A stretch of DNA of 64,000 nucleotides from the human T2T-CHM13v2.0 reference genome, Homo sapiens. Shown one piece after another: positions 1 to 13,980 of the stretch. Within the stretch, counting starts at the first letter, position 1. Each line of letters starts with the position of its first letter. The notes below the pieces were generated by a model that had not been told where the DNA came from, did not search any database, and was given only the letters and a program-made list of their open reading frames with translations. Both the position numbers and the translations under genes were made by a program. The stretch lies in the NCBI RefSeq assembly GCF_009914755.1, contig NC_060941.1. One strand, given 5' to 3'.

Positions 1-712
1 TGGCTGAGATGATATACAAGATGCAAGACAAAGTCTTCTTTTGGAAGAAAGATTTCCCTTTCCTCAAGTAGAAGAAAGGAGACACTTTCATTACTCCAAG
101 TTGTGCTTCCTGGTGTTGAGGGAGGGGTGGTGCAAGTTCTTGCTTAGCCACCCCAGCTGGTGTTCTATGTCCACTGGCTCTAAGCCCAGCACAGCAGTAG
201 GAGTGTTAGGAATTGGAGTCCTTGTGGCCTAGACTGCCTTTTAAGTTTATTTAAGGCTCCAGAGCACTTTAGCTCACGGTGGTGAGGCTTGCTGACACGT
301 AATTTCTGACCTTTGGGATGATCACTGGCTAGGGCTTTTCCAAATGCTCCCTTTTGGTGGGTGGTGGTAAGTTGAGTTCAGTCCAGTTTTGCTTCCCACT
401 GTGATAGGGCAGTACTGAGTTCAATGCTGGGTCTCAAAATGTTGCATTCTCTCTCCTGCATGTGCACAGATTCCCTGTGCCATGCAGAAACTGCCAGGGG
501 GTCGGGGAGGGGAAGTGTCAGCAATTCAAGACTGTCTTTCTTACCCTCTTTAGTGCCTTTCAGTGATGCAAAGTTAAAACCAGGTAATGTGATTGCTTAC
601 CTAATTTTTGGTTCTTATGAAGGTGCTTTCTGTGTGAACATACTTGTTGAACTGGTGTTCCTTTTGGGGGTACAATCAGTGAAGGCATCTATTTGGGCAT
701 CTTGCTCTACCC
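1..712 (-). mobile_element. L1 (L1M1/L1M2-type) 5'UTR fragment
   Basis: Reverse complement of the L1 5' start motif (CTATTTGGGCATCTTGCTC, i.e. GAGCAAGATG[G/C]C.AATAG) near 690-710. 'CAAGATGCAAGACAAAGTC' motif is shared with the L1 5'UTR repeats at 46800-47540. Confidence 0.75.
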
Positions 713-799
713 CACGTATTTTTGATTTACACAAATACTGGCTGAAAAACTTTACATTGCTAGTCAACTTCTGATTCAAAGTCAATAAATTAATCAGAT

Positions 800-2030
800 C
801 ATGGACATCTCTAATAATCCTCAGACACTCACACACATATGTCTAACTAATAATATTCTTACCCTTTTTGTGATAACACAGCTGCTAACTTTATAGAGAT
901 GGGTATACTGTGCAAATCGAATGGCCAGACTCAATATTTTCCCGATAGTCTCTTCATTGAAGTTCTTCAGGGACCCCCCCTATTTATAATAAAGTCATAG
1001 CTAACTCGGATATTGACTTACTGATATTCTTATGTCAAAATCCAAACTAAATTGAAGATCTTCACAAACAACTGGAATCTCTATGAACTAAAATGTCTAC
1101 TAATACCAACAGAATTCTAGTGACTAAGCCTATGAAGGTTCAGATAGACCCATCCAGACCTCTACCAAAGCTTTGACAACACCCTCTAAAGCTGCGACAA
1201 AGAAAAGACTAAATCAATAAAAGACACGTTATACCTGTGCCAGCCATTCTAATACTTCTATCCTCCAAGTCAAGAGGAACCCAACAGACAAGAATATATA
1301 TTATTTTGAGAATACTAGTTAACAAAATTTCCCCCAACATATATATATATGTGTGTATATATATGTGTGTGTGTGTATAACTTTATATAAGTATAAATAA
1401 AATAGTTATTCCCCATGGTATCCACAACAAATCATTTTATATTTAGTGTCATGAGGCTATATAATTTACAGTTCTGGATTTGCGTCCTGCTTTCTTTGTT
1501 GTCCCTTTAGATCAAAAAACTTCCTACCTCTGCCTTTGCCTGACAAGGTCAACAATATAAATAGGCATCTATACTTCAGAATTTAGTAAGTTTCCTTCTT
1601 TTCACAAGTTATTTACCAGGGTTTTAATGACTTTACAGTTCCTTTAGATTCCATTGTATTTCCATACCTGGATGACCTTTGGCCATGTACTAAAGAAGAC
1701 CTGAATTTAAAGATCAAGTTCTATCCACATACCATTTTAGCTCGAAAAGAATATAAATATTTTCTAAAATAAATTGCAATTTTATCAATAAATGTGTATT
1801 AACTAAGACGTAATATATGACAGAAGGTAATACATTGCTTACTTTTGATAGGCTAAAAACCATACAAAACTTTCAGAAGCCAGACACTAGGAGAAAATTT
1901 AAATAATTTCTACTCTCATTAGCTACTGCAGGCAATGAATTCCCAACCTTTCTGAAATTGCCAGACTTCTTTATGACCTAAATGTTCAACAACCAAATTT
2001 CTTCCTTGGGAATATACGCATTGGCACATA
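800..2030 (+). mobile_element. Degraded ERV1 (class I) pol fragment, reverse transcriptase region
   Basis: Hand translation gives PMKVQIDPSRPLPKL*QHPLK (~1130), FTVLDLRPAFFVVPLDQK (~1465-1520) and YCRQ*IPNLSEIARLLYDL (~1925-1980). These are class I retroviral RT motifs with stops and frameshifts. Confidence 0.75.
1338..1377. repeat. (TA)n/(TG)n microsatellite
   Basis: Visible dinucleotide runs. Confidence 0.9.
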
Positions 2031-2059
2031 TTTTACTCAGTGATATAGAGAACTGTGAA

Positions 2060-4050
2060 GAATGTTATTCCATAACATACAACAATGACAAAAGATGTCA
2101 GCAAACAATAAGTTTATTATTTTTCTTAAACTCAGCAGAGAGCTGACGTAGTAGAACAGTGAAATGGCCTAAAACTGGAGAAGAGACAAGTGCCTGAAAG
2201 AAGTATGAGCTGTAAGTTGTGGCTTAATTGTTCAGGACACAGGAACTGGAAAGATAGTTCAGTAAGGTTGATTGGTGTATCAGTGGAGTCTGAGTGCACA
2301 TTAACAAGGGAGGGTGACACCTCTAGAGGCTGCAAACATAGAGGCATTCTACACACTCTTGTGGGAATCTTTCCATTAACCCAACTGACTTAAATCATTA
2401 GAAAAGTCTTTTTAATGGTGCAGGCTTTAGGGAAGGGAACAGCAACCGCTGCAGGAAGTCACAAAACTCTCCTACATTGGCTCTTCTAATCTAAATCTCC
2501 TATGAAACAAAAACCTTAATATGTGAGAGGAGAGGGCATGGCAACAAACATAGCCGTGATTAGGGTACTGGTGAAGATCTATTGCAGCCAGGAGAAGGGA
2601 ACAGGGGGAAAAAAGCTTTTTACCCTAGCAAAGGGGCGGGGATATTTACTGGTGTCAGAAATATACCAGGATAGAAGTGGTAGTACTGAGAAGGGAACAC
2701 TCTTGAAACCTAGGATATGATGCCAAAGACAGAGGCTTAATCAGAACCACAGAGAACACTCTGTACTCTCAACCACAAAACTAACAAATATCAAATAACA
2801 GGTTAACTGCAAGAGATAGCCTTTCTTCTGAGGTACAGTGTAAAGGGAAGATCTAAACCTGAGGACGGAGCAGCAATTGGGGAAAAATTAAAAACCAAAA
2901 TCCCTGACAAACCAGCCCTATCCTAAATCAAGGTGTTCCTGAAGATTTTAAATCCTGTGTTAAAAGGAAGGTAACCATAGCAAAAACTTTAAACTTCTCC
3001 CAACTCCCACTTAGACTAACTTAAATCCCATACTAAAGGTGTGTCTATCTCTAAGTATAAAATATATTTACTTCAGTCTCTACTGTCCTACACAATATGT
3101 CTCCTTGTTTTAAAAAAAAAAGCAAGAAAAAAAGCATACTATCAAGAAACAAAAAAAAATTAACTCCAGACCCATATATGACAGATGTTGAAATTTCTCA
3201 TTTAAAATTATTATAATTAAAATGTTAAAGGTATAATAAAGAAGTAAGGAAACATACTAGATTAGATGAATGATTTCAGCAGAAAGATTAAAACTACTTT
3301 TAAAAAAATCACATGTAAACACTAGAAATAAATTGAAAAAAAAAAAAACCAGTACAGAATTCTTCTGAGAGGCTCATCAGTAGTCTAGATACAGTCAAGC
3401 AAAGATTTACGGGACCTGAAGATAGGTCAGTAGAAATTATCTAACTTAAACACAAAGAGGACAAAAGAGTGAAAAAGCAAAGAACACAAATAAACAACAA
3501 CAACAAAAACAGCACAGAGCATCCAAGAATGTGAACATCATCCAACTCTTTCCTATACACATAATTGCAATATATGAAGAACGGAACAGAATACATTTGA
3601 AAAAATAAGCTTATTTTTTTTCCAAACTTAATAACAGACATAAATCCAAGAGGTTCAGAAAACACTAAGGGGGAAATTACCACCCATAGATGCATCATAT
3701 TCAAACTGCTTAAATAAAGACAGAGACACTTTTGAAGGAAGTCACATGAAAAAATACACATTAAATATGACCAGAGATAAAAATTACAATCGGCTTCTCA
3801 GAAACCATGCAAACTGAAAGACAAAGGACTAGCACTTTGAATGAACCAAAATAAAAATGGCAGCTTAGAATTCTATATCTAGTGAAAATATTTTTCTAAA
3901 ATAAAAGAGAAATAAAGTATTTCTCAGATAAATGCTGAGGGATACCCACTCTCCAAGAAAAATTAAAGACAGACCTTTAGGTAGAAGGAATATGATTTCA
4001 GACAGAAATTTGTTTCTATATAAAGTAATGAAGAACACTCAAAATGCATA
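2060..4050 (+). mobile_element. Ancient L1 (L1M4/L1ME-type) 5'UTR/ORF1 remnant
   Basis: A-rich sequence with ORF1-like motifs: GAAGATAGGTCAGTAGAAATTATC, ATCATATTCAAACTGCT, AGAATTCTATATCTAGTGAAAATAT. Confidence 0.7.
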
Positions 4051-4309
4051 GTATTGCCTTCAAAAACTTCCCCAGTATCAATCAATTCCATCCCTTGAAA
4101 AACTTGCTATAAATCACCTGGACCCAGATCGCAGGTATTCTGTACCATGTTTTTCATTTGCAGCATTTTCATTTGATTATTCCTTAGAGTTTACATTTCT
4201 CTTCTGAAAACATCTCCCCCGATGACCTCTTTCAGAGGCACATTTAAGGCTCCACTGAAAGGTCTTTGACTTGCACAATAAATAATATGTCTCCTTATTT
4301 TTGCAGGCT

Positions 4310-5240
4310 TCACACTATGAATACATTCCAAGGAGAATGTATGTCAGTTCAAACATCGGCAAATAATTTGGCCATTCCCAGTGAAGTGAAAGACATGCAT
4401 ACTGTTGAACTAAGAATTCCACTTTTAGGTTTTACTTTACATGAATTCACTCACGCATAAGAAAGCACATGCAATGATGTCCATCACTACACTGTTTATA
4501 GGGTGAAAATGTGGAAGCAATGCAGTGGAACCTCAAGTTCAGAAAACCTACATACATTTTGTTATGATGACAAAATGGAATTCTGTCAAGCAGTGAATAT
4601 TAATAATGCAGATCTGATATATGAATAATCTTATAAATCTTATAAATTATTTTGTATTTAAAAGTTATATGCAATGCAATATACATATACAAATGGAGTC
4701 ATTATATAAAATTCCTTTTTTGTGTATAGATCAAACAAGGTCAAATATCATCAGCTTCATGGTATTCCACCTAATCAAATTTAAAATACATTTAAAGAAT
4801 AATATATGGTTTGTGGAGACGTAGCTAAAGAACAGCTTGCTAGCTAACTAAATTTGTTGGCCATATAATATGTGTAAAACATTGTTATAAGCATTTCATA
4901 TATATTAATTTATTTAATTCACACAATCAATAATCTTATCAGGTAGAAAATAATATTATTTGTCCTCATTTCTATTGATGAGGCCAATAAAGAAGAAAAC
5001 TGCATGCCTGGGAGAAAGAATATCCATCTTATTTTAGAGGTTATCCCTGGGAAGAAGGAATATGGGGTCGTTTGATGGGTGGGAGGATCTTACTTATGTA
5101 TTATTACAAATAAACAAAGGGGAAAAAATCCACAAGAGAATGGGAGACCTGAAGGTAATGTGATAAAATGGCATAATCCATTTTATATCTCAGCAGTATA
5201 TTATTCATATATATTTTGTATACTTTTCTGAATGTTTGAA
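4310..5240 (+). mobile_element. L1ME-type 3' fragments with an internal MIR (~4860-4985, - strand)
   Basis: L1ME 3' motifs (AATTCCACTTTTAGG) and a MIR core (TTAATTCACACAATC...CTCATTTCTATTGATGAGG). Confidence 0.55.
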
Positions 5241-6761
5241 ATCTCTATTTTTTTATTTCAAAGGAGAGATGACCCAAACTCTTTGTGACTCACTCCCCCA
5301 TAATTTCCTATCCTCTTTCTCCTCCAGCAGATATCAGTCTTTAAGTGATCTTCAAAGTCCTTCATAACAGCCCTTAGTAATAACAACAGACACTTATATG
5401 TCCAAAAAGTATCTGTAAGAAGTACAAAGAAAAAATACTTAAAAAAAAAAAGAAAAAGAAAACTTCCTCCCCCCCGAAAAAATATATATGTATGTATTCC
5501 TACTCTGCAGGTACTTTGAGAGTGGCTCAAGAAATATTTCAGTGTTCCAAAAATCATAGAAGTATTTAGCTTCCTGCCTACGAAAGATAATTTCTCTTTG
5601 AAATTATTCAGCTGGGAAGCAGTAGAAGGTAACAGAAAGCTCAGTGAAAGCAAACTAAATATAGGGAAGTAATCAATTCACTCAAATAATGAAACTATTG
5701 TAGCACAGGGGCACTTCCAAATTAGAAAAAAACATCATAGTAGGAGATGCTCCTTGTTAATTTTTTAAAGTGTCAATCTGTTTAAGGGTTAAAGGACAAA
5801 AAATATATATGGTTGATGTTCCTCCTAGTAAATTTGTTTTTAAGTGTGAGTCATCTGAAAGGTCATAGGACAAAATATTTTATTAACCGTTATTTTAATA
5901 ATTGTGGTTGGAATTTTAAATATATTGAGGACAAGAGTTAGAGACCTGGGTTTCTCTAGAAGTGCAATGTTCCTTAGGACAATTTCCCTTCAATGAGTTT
6001 TTAAAACAGAAACCGCTGAGGGGAGTGCTCTTTCCTGGGAGCAAACCCAGCTTCACCATGCTCTATCCCTAAAGCAAATGAAAGTGTATGATGCCTTGAA
6101 GATGGTAGGTTTAATCCTAACTCCAGCCTTGGCCAGCTTCACTTTCTCCCTTCTGACTCTTTTCCCGGGTAAGATAAATTAAGACCTATAACTGATTCTC
6201 TGATTTGGGAAGTTTCAGAAAAGATGGATTCAACCATTGGGAGAATGATGTTTGCTCTTGCTTGTCATTTTTATCTTTATGCGACCTTGTTTTTATGCTC
6301 CATCTGCTTGTCTCACTGGAGGCCTTTACCTTAGCATTAGAGATAGAAATAGTCTAGATTTTTAAGACTGTTGCTGATTCTTTCTGGTGGAATTGGTTTA
6401 AAAGATGGATGCCTAGGACAAAGGCTGATCTGTGTTTGAAGGTAAAGCCAAACAAACTCATTCATGCTCAGTCGGAATGTGAATTTTCTGTAATTAACAT
6501 TATACTTTCACTAATGAAACAAACCTTTAATATCAAGCCCTGAGCCCAGTCTTTAATACTTATGATAACTTCATAAATATATACGATAGATTCTTCCCTC
6601 AATATCTCCGAGAAAATAATCTATATCTAAAAGGTTTTTAAACTTTAATCTGAGAGAAGGATTTAGTGTCAGTTATAGTCTCTTTCCTTTTCTTATTTTA
6701 CTAATAGTAGAACAGATACCTTGGGTCTTCAATCAGACTATGCGTCTTTTTATTATATAGT

Positions 6762-7356
6762 CCAGTTTTTCCAAATGTATAAATTAGTGCCCACAGTAAG
6801 AAACATATTTCATATTTTATATTATATTTACTTAAATATATGTGTGAATGCATATGTATGTATATATTACATATACAGATATGTATCTATATGAAACAAC
6901 AGCTCCAAGAAGCAATACTTACCTTAGTACATCTAATGTACTCTAATATTTCTATTCTAATCCTTTCTTTTTCAAATTAAAAATGGACTGGGGCTGGGTA
7001 CAGTGACTGACACCTATAATCTCAGCACTTTGGGAGGCCGAGGTGGGAGGATTACCTGAGGCTGGAAGTTTGAGAACAGCCTGGCCAGTATAGCCAGATC
7101 CCATCTCTACATTTTTTTTTTTAATTAGCTGGCCATGGTGTTGCCCACCTGTAGCGCTAGCTACTCAAGAGGATGGCTTGAGCCCAGAAGTTTGAGGCTG
7201 CAGTGAGGCTGTACTTCATACTCCACTGCAGTTCAGCTTGGGCAACAAAGTGAAATCCTGTATCTAAAAAACAAAACAAAATAAAAGCAAGCCGTTGTTG
7301 TTTTATTATTTTTATGTTCTACCACCAGGTTATAGGCTGTAGCTTGCAAAACACTG
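6762..7356 (+). mobile_element. hAT-Charlie-family DNA transposon remnant, split by an AluJ
   Basis: CCCACAGTAAGAAACATATT...AAGCAATACTTACCTTAGTAC, with terminal TGCAAAACACTG, resembles Charlie/MER non-autonomous elements. Confidence 0.5.
6992..7288 (+). mobile_element. AluJ
   Basis: Diverged Alu dimer with J-type GGAGGATT / GAGCCCAGAAGTTTGAGGCTGCAGTG and an A-rich tail. Confidence 0.9.
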
Positions 7357-7654
7357 ATTAGACAACATGGATATAAGTGTATCTGGTTAAAGCAAATTAT
7401 CTATCTGTCTATATGTATACATATACATAAAGTCAGATAAGCAATAGTACATATATAGTATTATATATTATACTGTGTTCTGTGTATAATACCATATGTA
7501 GTATTACTTATCTGATTGCCCTTCTCTTTTCTAAAATTTTAACTAAAATAGTGAAATAAGGTACATTCAGCTTCTTTAAGTCAGAACTTTTTGCAAACAT
7601 CCAAAGGATTAGATAAAATGGCTGAGCTCACAGTTAAGATGAAAATAAGGTACG

Positions 7655-8053
<399 letters not shown>

Positions 8054-11000
8054 TTAGTCAGGCGTGATTAAAAAATAGTATTTCCACATTGAATACTCTC
8101 AATCAGTGATAGTTTCTATTTAATCTTCTTTCTGTTTGATAATTTTGTGCCCCAGCTTTATGAATAACTGAACAAGATGCCACCAGCTGAGATGAGGCGC
8201 TTAGATTTTTTTCATGGAATTACTCTGTTTATCCCTAAATAATAATGAAAATTTTTGTTAAATTCTTAAGTTAGCTTCAGGTTTTAATGGTGTTTATGAT
8301 AAATTTAGACAATAAACAGACAACTGTCTTACTCTTGCCTGTTTTACATGTCTTCACATATTTTCCCCCATTGTAATTTTGGCTAAAGCAGAAGTGGAAG
8401 AATTTTGGCTTGTGGTTTCACCTGTTACCAGAAAATACTGCTGTCATCAGTGAGAAATACACAGGAAGATCTGAGGAGAGTTTCACACTTGGAAAGAGGA
8501 ATGCTGGAAAGTCTACATACCTGTAACTGCATCCATGGATCATATTCTTGCAATACATAACTTTTTATATAATGTGATAAATGCTTGTTTTTCAACTTGA
8601 TTTAATAATTGTTACTTTTGTTTATGAAAAAAATCCACAAATAAGCAAATTAAACTTAAATGGTTTGAAAGCACAGGTAGAATTCTAAGATAGAATTCTA
8701 AGATAAAATTCTAAGACCAGAATCTCATTCTGTAGCAGCCTATAGAAGTTCAGAGAGGATACCTAGGCTTTTGACTGAGCCTCCAATGGCTCTTTATGAG
8801 CCATTGGAGGAGTGCATTTTAGAAAGATTACTCTGATTGCAGTTGTCATATACAAGGTCAAAAACAAGAGTAGAAACAATCTTCCTCACTTTTTAGCTCC
8901 ACACCCAATAACTTCTAAAGCAGCATGAGTGTAGGATAATTGGGTACAACACAGGGCTCTGTAGCAACACAGAAATAATTATCAAGTGTTCAGCTGTGAA
9001 CAGAGCTGGTTAAGAAGCAGTTTTATTCCAAGCTGGCCAGTTGGCACATGGTTGAGTTATGCAGAGTAAAAGACTCTGGTTTGGAGATGTGGGTGCTAAA
9101 TCTTAGAAAATCACTCAGATTTGAGAATAAGCAAGCTTCTTCACATTACTCTGCTTTTTCTAATTACTTTCTATGAAATATGAATATTAAATATTATTCA
9201 TATAAATATTTAAATGAAATAGAATAACTTAGTGGAAATTGAAAAAAATAATTACTAGGTATAACTAGTTTCCATGCTCACATATCAAGATGGTAATAAG
9301 CTACACATGCATTTGAATGTGGGGCTATTTGTTTAAAATTTTAATCTCACTTTCTCTCTCTGCTCCATTTAGAGATATTTTTTAACCCTGATTTTATTGA
9401 AATAGGCAGTGGGTTGTATATAAATTTCTCTGAAAATATCTAGACAAATCAACTGACTTGGAGTGTTTTTGACGAAATGTTTTCAAAGTTGAGGGAAAAT
9501 CTAATCCTACTACATTAATTGCCTAGGAACCGATGGTTCAATGTATGGCAAAATTCCTAGCACCTCTAAATGGCCTTTGCTTTACCTTTGTGCAGTGCTT
9601 TTTGCAGTACAGTATCATAGCCACAGGACACTGTTGGAATGTCCTCCCAAAGTAAAGTGAAGATATTGGGAAGAAATTTACCAAACGTGTCAGATGTCTC
9701 CTCCCTACCAGTATTTTCAGCAAACTCTTTCAACAGGTAAGTTTTTACACTTTCTGGCTAAATTAGCTGACATTCTCTTAGCATTTATCAGAGAAAAAGA
9801 AAACACACTTGGAAAACTTATGCTTTCTTTTCTTCCCAAAGACATTTTCAATTTTTTTATCATTCAACATATTATATATTCTTTATGCTCCTGGTACTAA
9901 TTCAACAAGCAATTTCTGTGCATTCTCCTCTGTCACTCCCTATGCTAGCTCCTGAGAACACAGGAAGGAAAAGCACAAACCCACCTCTGGTTGCTCACCT
10001 TTAGGGAATAAGATAGAGTTGTAATCTCATAGAGTGCCATTACTTCTGTGATACTGGCATAGAGGGTGTGTGTAGAACCCAGAGAACTGGAGAGGCCTGA
10101 TGACTGGTTATAATATCACTCAAATGATATGGTCCATGCATAGATTCAACTGTGACATCAGATGATCTACTTTGCAGTTCAGTCAAATAGACTCTCTTGA
10201 AGCATAAGAGAACAGCAGGATCTGGCTCACGAATTTTGTGTTGGATTTCAAAAGGGCTTAGTAGCACTACACTGCTATGAATATATTTTCATTTAAAGGT
10301 TTAGACCATCTGTCCACTTATTTCCCAATGAACAGCTCACTTCATGAAAACAATCTTTTTTATATTCTACCTATTAAAAAACACATATATCAGAACACAT
10401 ACAGAAGAAACTTCAGAAATGTAAAAAATACAACCTTGTGGTTTTAATAACAGCACCATGGAAATATTTTGACAACTAGCTTAAAAGTGATTTTTATAAG
10501 GATAATAAGAAAATTTATATTTAAAAAATAGGCAGTGTTAAATCCTCTTATAGATTGAAATAAAGGAGTAATGTAGAGGTCAAGTAATGCATATGGGTAA
10601 TAGACAGGTATGTTTGGAGTGGTAGCTATTGATGAGTGACTGACAAGCAGAGAGAGAGAGACTGAGAGATAAATATGTATGTGAAGGATTTCAATTATTC
10701 ATGTTTCTTAGGAGGCAGCTCAGGTTTAACCTAATGGCATCTCATTTACTGTCTGTTACACTTGGAGGTGGTGTGGCAAGCCCAAAGAAGCGAGTGACTT
10801 TTTCAAGAAAATCCCTTTGTGACACAGGGGCACTGGGAAATAACAGCTTCGCAACAGTTCCTAGGAGAGAAGGAAAGGCTGAAAAATCCATGTAGCTTTG
10901 AATAAAAAATATTCAAGTGCATTTAAATCACTCATCTAAATTTATTACGATAAAATCATGAATTATGTTCACTCCACATTTGCAATTAGATGGTACAACA

Positions 11001-11764
11001 GATGGTGAATATTTACAGAAACATTAACATTCTGGATAAGACAAGTTTAATAAATTTGTCAATGGGAGTCTCTGGGGCTATGGGAAAATGTTTATATGCC
11101 AAATAAAATAGGTAGTTAGGTGTGTAGGAAGGCAAGAAGAAGGAAAGGAGGGTTTTCACATTTCCACTATGGAATTCTGAATTCGGTATTTGCAAAGGTT
11201 TTTATTATTGTGAGGACTCAAGACAACTTCAAAATTTGTTTCACTGAAGCCCACACATTATACTAAGTATAGGTCTGCCAGAAAAGATGCCTATGGAAAA
11301 ACTGCAAAACATCTATCTTCGAACAGTCCCTAAACCCAGTAAGCATCAAGTTATCTGGGGCTTAACTTCCCTTTAAAATACAACTAATAGAAACGTCCTC
11401 AAAACACAATAATCTCCAGTCTTAGCTTTCACAGCTTTTTCATGCCACATAAACTGTACACCCTAGAAAGTTATTTATTCATTTATTCAATCAATCAAAC
11501 AAACAAAGAAAAATCATTTATTCAACATTTCCTATCCCAATAGCACAATAGTAAATATTATATTATTTATGCTGGGAAAAAGTCTATTCCCTAAGCATTG
11601 TATTAATATGGTAAGAATCCAGAATCTTATGTAGAATAGCTTTAGCTTCATCAGTAAAATTCTTTCTTGAAGTACCTTTGATTGGATTTTTCTCATTTTC
11701 AGTGAAAAATCACAGTCATCAGATCTTTATAAATTCATTTTTACTTAGTCACTCTTATTCCATC

Positions 11765-13222
11765 ATCTCAAACAAATCAACAATAGTCTTTGCAACAAAT
11801 TTTCTGAAACAACTGGGCATCTACATGTAAAAGAAGTAAAAAAGATTGTAGACAAACCTTACTCTCCTCACAAAATAAAAAATTCAAAATGAATCATAGA
11901 CCGATATGTAAAACACAAAACTATAAAATTCCTAGAGGATAACAGGAGAAAATCTAGATGACCTTGGGTTTGATAATGACTTTTTAGATGTAATACCACA
12001 GGAATGACCTATGAAATAAAGAATCTATAAGCCAGACTTTATTACAATTAAAATTTTCTGGTTTCTAAGAGATACTGTGAATAGAATGGAAAGACAAGCC
12101 ACAGCCTGGGAGAAAATATTTGAAGAAAATCATTTCTGATAAGAAACTGTTTTTCAAAATATACAAAGAACTCTTAAATATACATAATCAAAATTGAACA
12201 ACCTGATTAAGAAATGGGCAAAGACCTGAGCAGACACCTCACAAAGACGATACACAGTTGGAAAAAAATATATGCATATATGTTTAACATCATATCTCAT
12301 TAGGGAATTATAAATTAAAACAATAATTGGCTATCACTATACACCTAATAGAATGACCAAAATCCAAAACATTGACAATATTAAATACTGGTGAGGATGT
12401 GGAGCAACAGGAACTCTCATTTATTATTAATGAGAATGAAAAATGGTACAACTTCTTCTGAAGACAGTTTGCCAGTTTCTTACAAAACTAAACATACTCT
12501 CGCTATACAATCCATGAATCATGTTCCTTGATATTTACCCAAATTAGTTGAAAACTTCTGTCCACACAAAAGCTTTCACAGGGATGTTTATAGCAGCTTT
12601 ACTCATAATTATCTAAACTTGAAAGCAACCAAGATGTGGTTCAGTGAATGAATGGAAAAACAAACTATGATATATCCAGACAATGGAGTATTATTGAGTA
12701 CTAAAAAGAAGTTAGCTGTCAGTTCATGAAAAGATCTAGAGGAAACCTAAATGCATATCACTAAGTGAAAGAAACAAACTCAAAAAGGCTAACATATGTA
12801 TGATCCTACCAATTTGACATTTTGGGAAAGGCAAAACCATGACAACAGAAAAAAGGGGCTCCAAGAGATAGGGAAAATATGGAATAACAGGCAAAAAAAA
12901 GCATAGAAGGTTTTTAGAGTAGTGCAAATATTCTGTATGACACCACAGTGGTGTATACGTGTCATTATACATTTGTCAAAACTTACTGAATGTACCCACT
13001 AAGCGTGAACTCTAATGTAAACTCTGGACTTCGGGCAATAATAATATGTCAGTGTAGGTCAAATTTAAGAAATGTACCACTATGGTGAGAGATTCTATGT
13101 GGGAGAGGCTATGCATGTGTGTTGGAAGAGGGTGTCAAGGGGTACAAGGGAAATCTCTGTAGTTTCTGCTCAATTTTGCTGTGAACCTAAAACTGCTCTA
13201 AAAATAAAGCCTGTTAAAAAAC
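11765..13222 (+). mobile_element. L1MC (L1MC1/2-like) ORF2 end and 3'UTR
   Basis: GGAGAAAATCTAGATGACCTTGGGTTTG ... GTGAACCTAAAACTGCTCTAAAAATAAAG, typical of L1MC 3' ends. Confidence 0.85.
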
Positions 13223-13323
13223 AATTTTAAGATAAAATGTGCAATGAGTCTTACTCTTAAGAGTAGTGTCAAAGGTGTACGTACATACATCAAATACTAA
13301 AAATTCTATAAGAACCATTTTAT

Positions 13324-13641
13324 GTTGGGTGTGTTGGCTCACACGTGTAATCCCATTTTATGTTGGGTGTGTTGGCTCACACGTGTAATCCCAGTGCTAT
13401 GGGAGTCAAGAGGATTGGTTGAAACTTGGAGTTTGAGACCAGCCTGGGCAACATAGCGAGACCCGTCTCTACAAAAAAATTTTTAAATAGCTCAGCATGG
13501 TGAGGCATGCCTGTGGTCATAGCTACTTGAGAAGCTGAGGCAGGAGGATCACTTGATGCCAAGAGTTCAAGCCCTGATCATGCCACTGCACTCCAGCCTG
13601 GGTAATGAAGCAAGACCCTGCCTCAAAAAAAAAAAAAAAAA
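13324..13641 (+). mobile_element. AluJ with a perfect 38-bp tandem duplication at its 5' end
   Basis: Alu dimer and poly(A). TSD AAGAACCATTTTAT at 13310-13323 and 13642-13655. Duplicated unit 13315-13352 = 13353-13390. Confidence 0.92.
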
Positions 13642-13764
13642 AAGAACCATTTTATATAATTTTATACCAGGCTACATAATGTCTTTTAAAAGGAATTCAA
13701 GGATATGAGTAAGACTTCTAATTTCATAGCTTCATAGCTTTCTAGTTTAAACGTTTCTATTAGA

Positions 13765-13980
13765 ATAATAAAACTACCACTGAGTTGACACTTACTAACC
13801 AACAACACTCTGCTGAATGTTTTATATCTATTATCTAGCTCCTCCCCATATCCCTATGAAGTAGATATTAGTAAAATGTGCAAACTGAGAATAGGTAATG
13901 TCCAGAGTTACACAGCTAGCAAAAGATGGGAATCAATCATCATCAAGCTGTCTGTCTCACTCCAAAGTCTCACTCTAAAT
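13765..13980 (-). mobile_element. MIR
   Basis: CCCTATGAAGTAGATATT...AAACTGAG...GTTACACAGCTAG...CTCCAAAGTC, MIR core in reverse orientation. Confidence 0.7.

Noticed and set aside
8678-8716. 13-bp unit repeated three times (TAGAATTCTAAGA)
   Set aside because: Simple slippage tandem with no spacers; not CRISPR-like.
9590-9742. Possible exon ending in a consensus donor CAG|GTAAGT
   Set aside because: Isolated splice-like motifs are common by chance; no coding signal or partner exons can be supported without transcript data.
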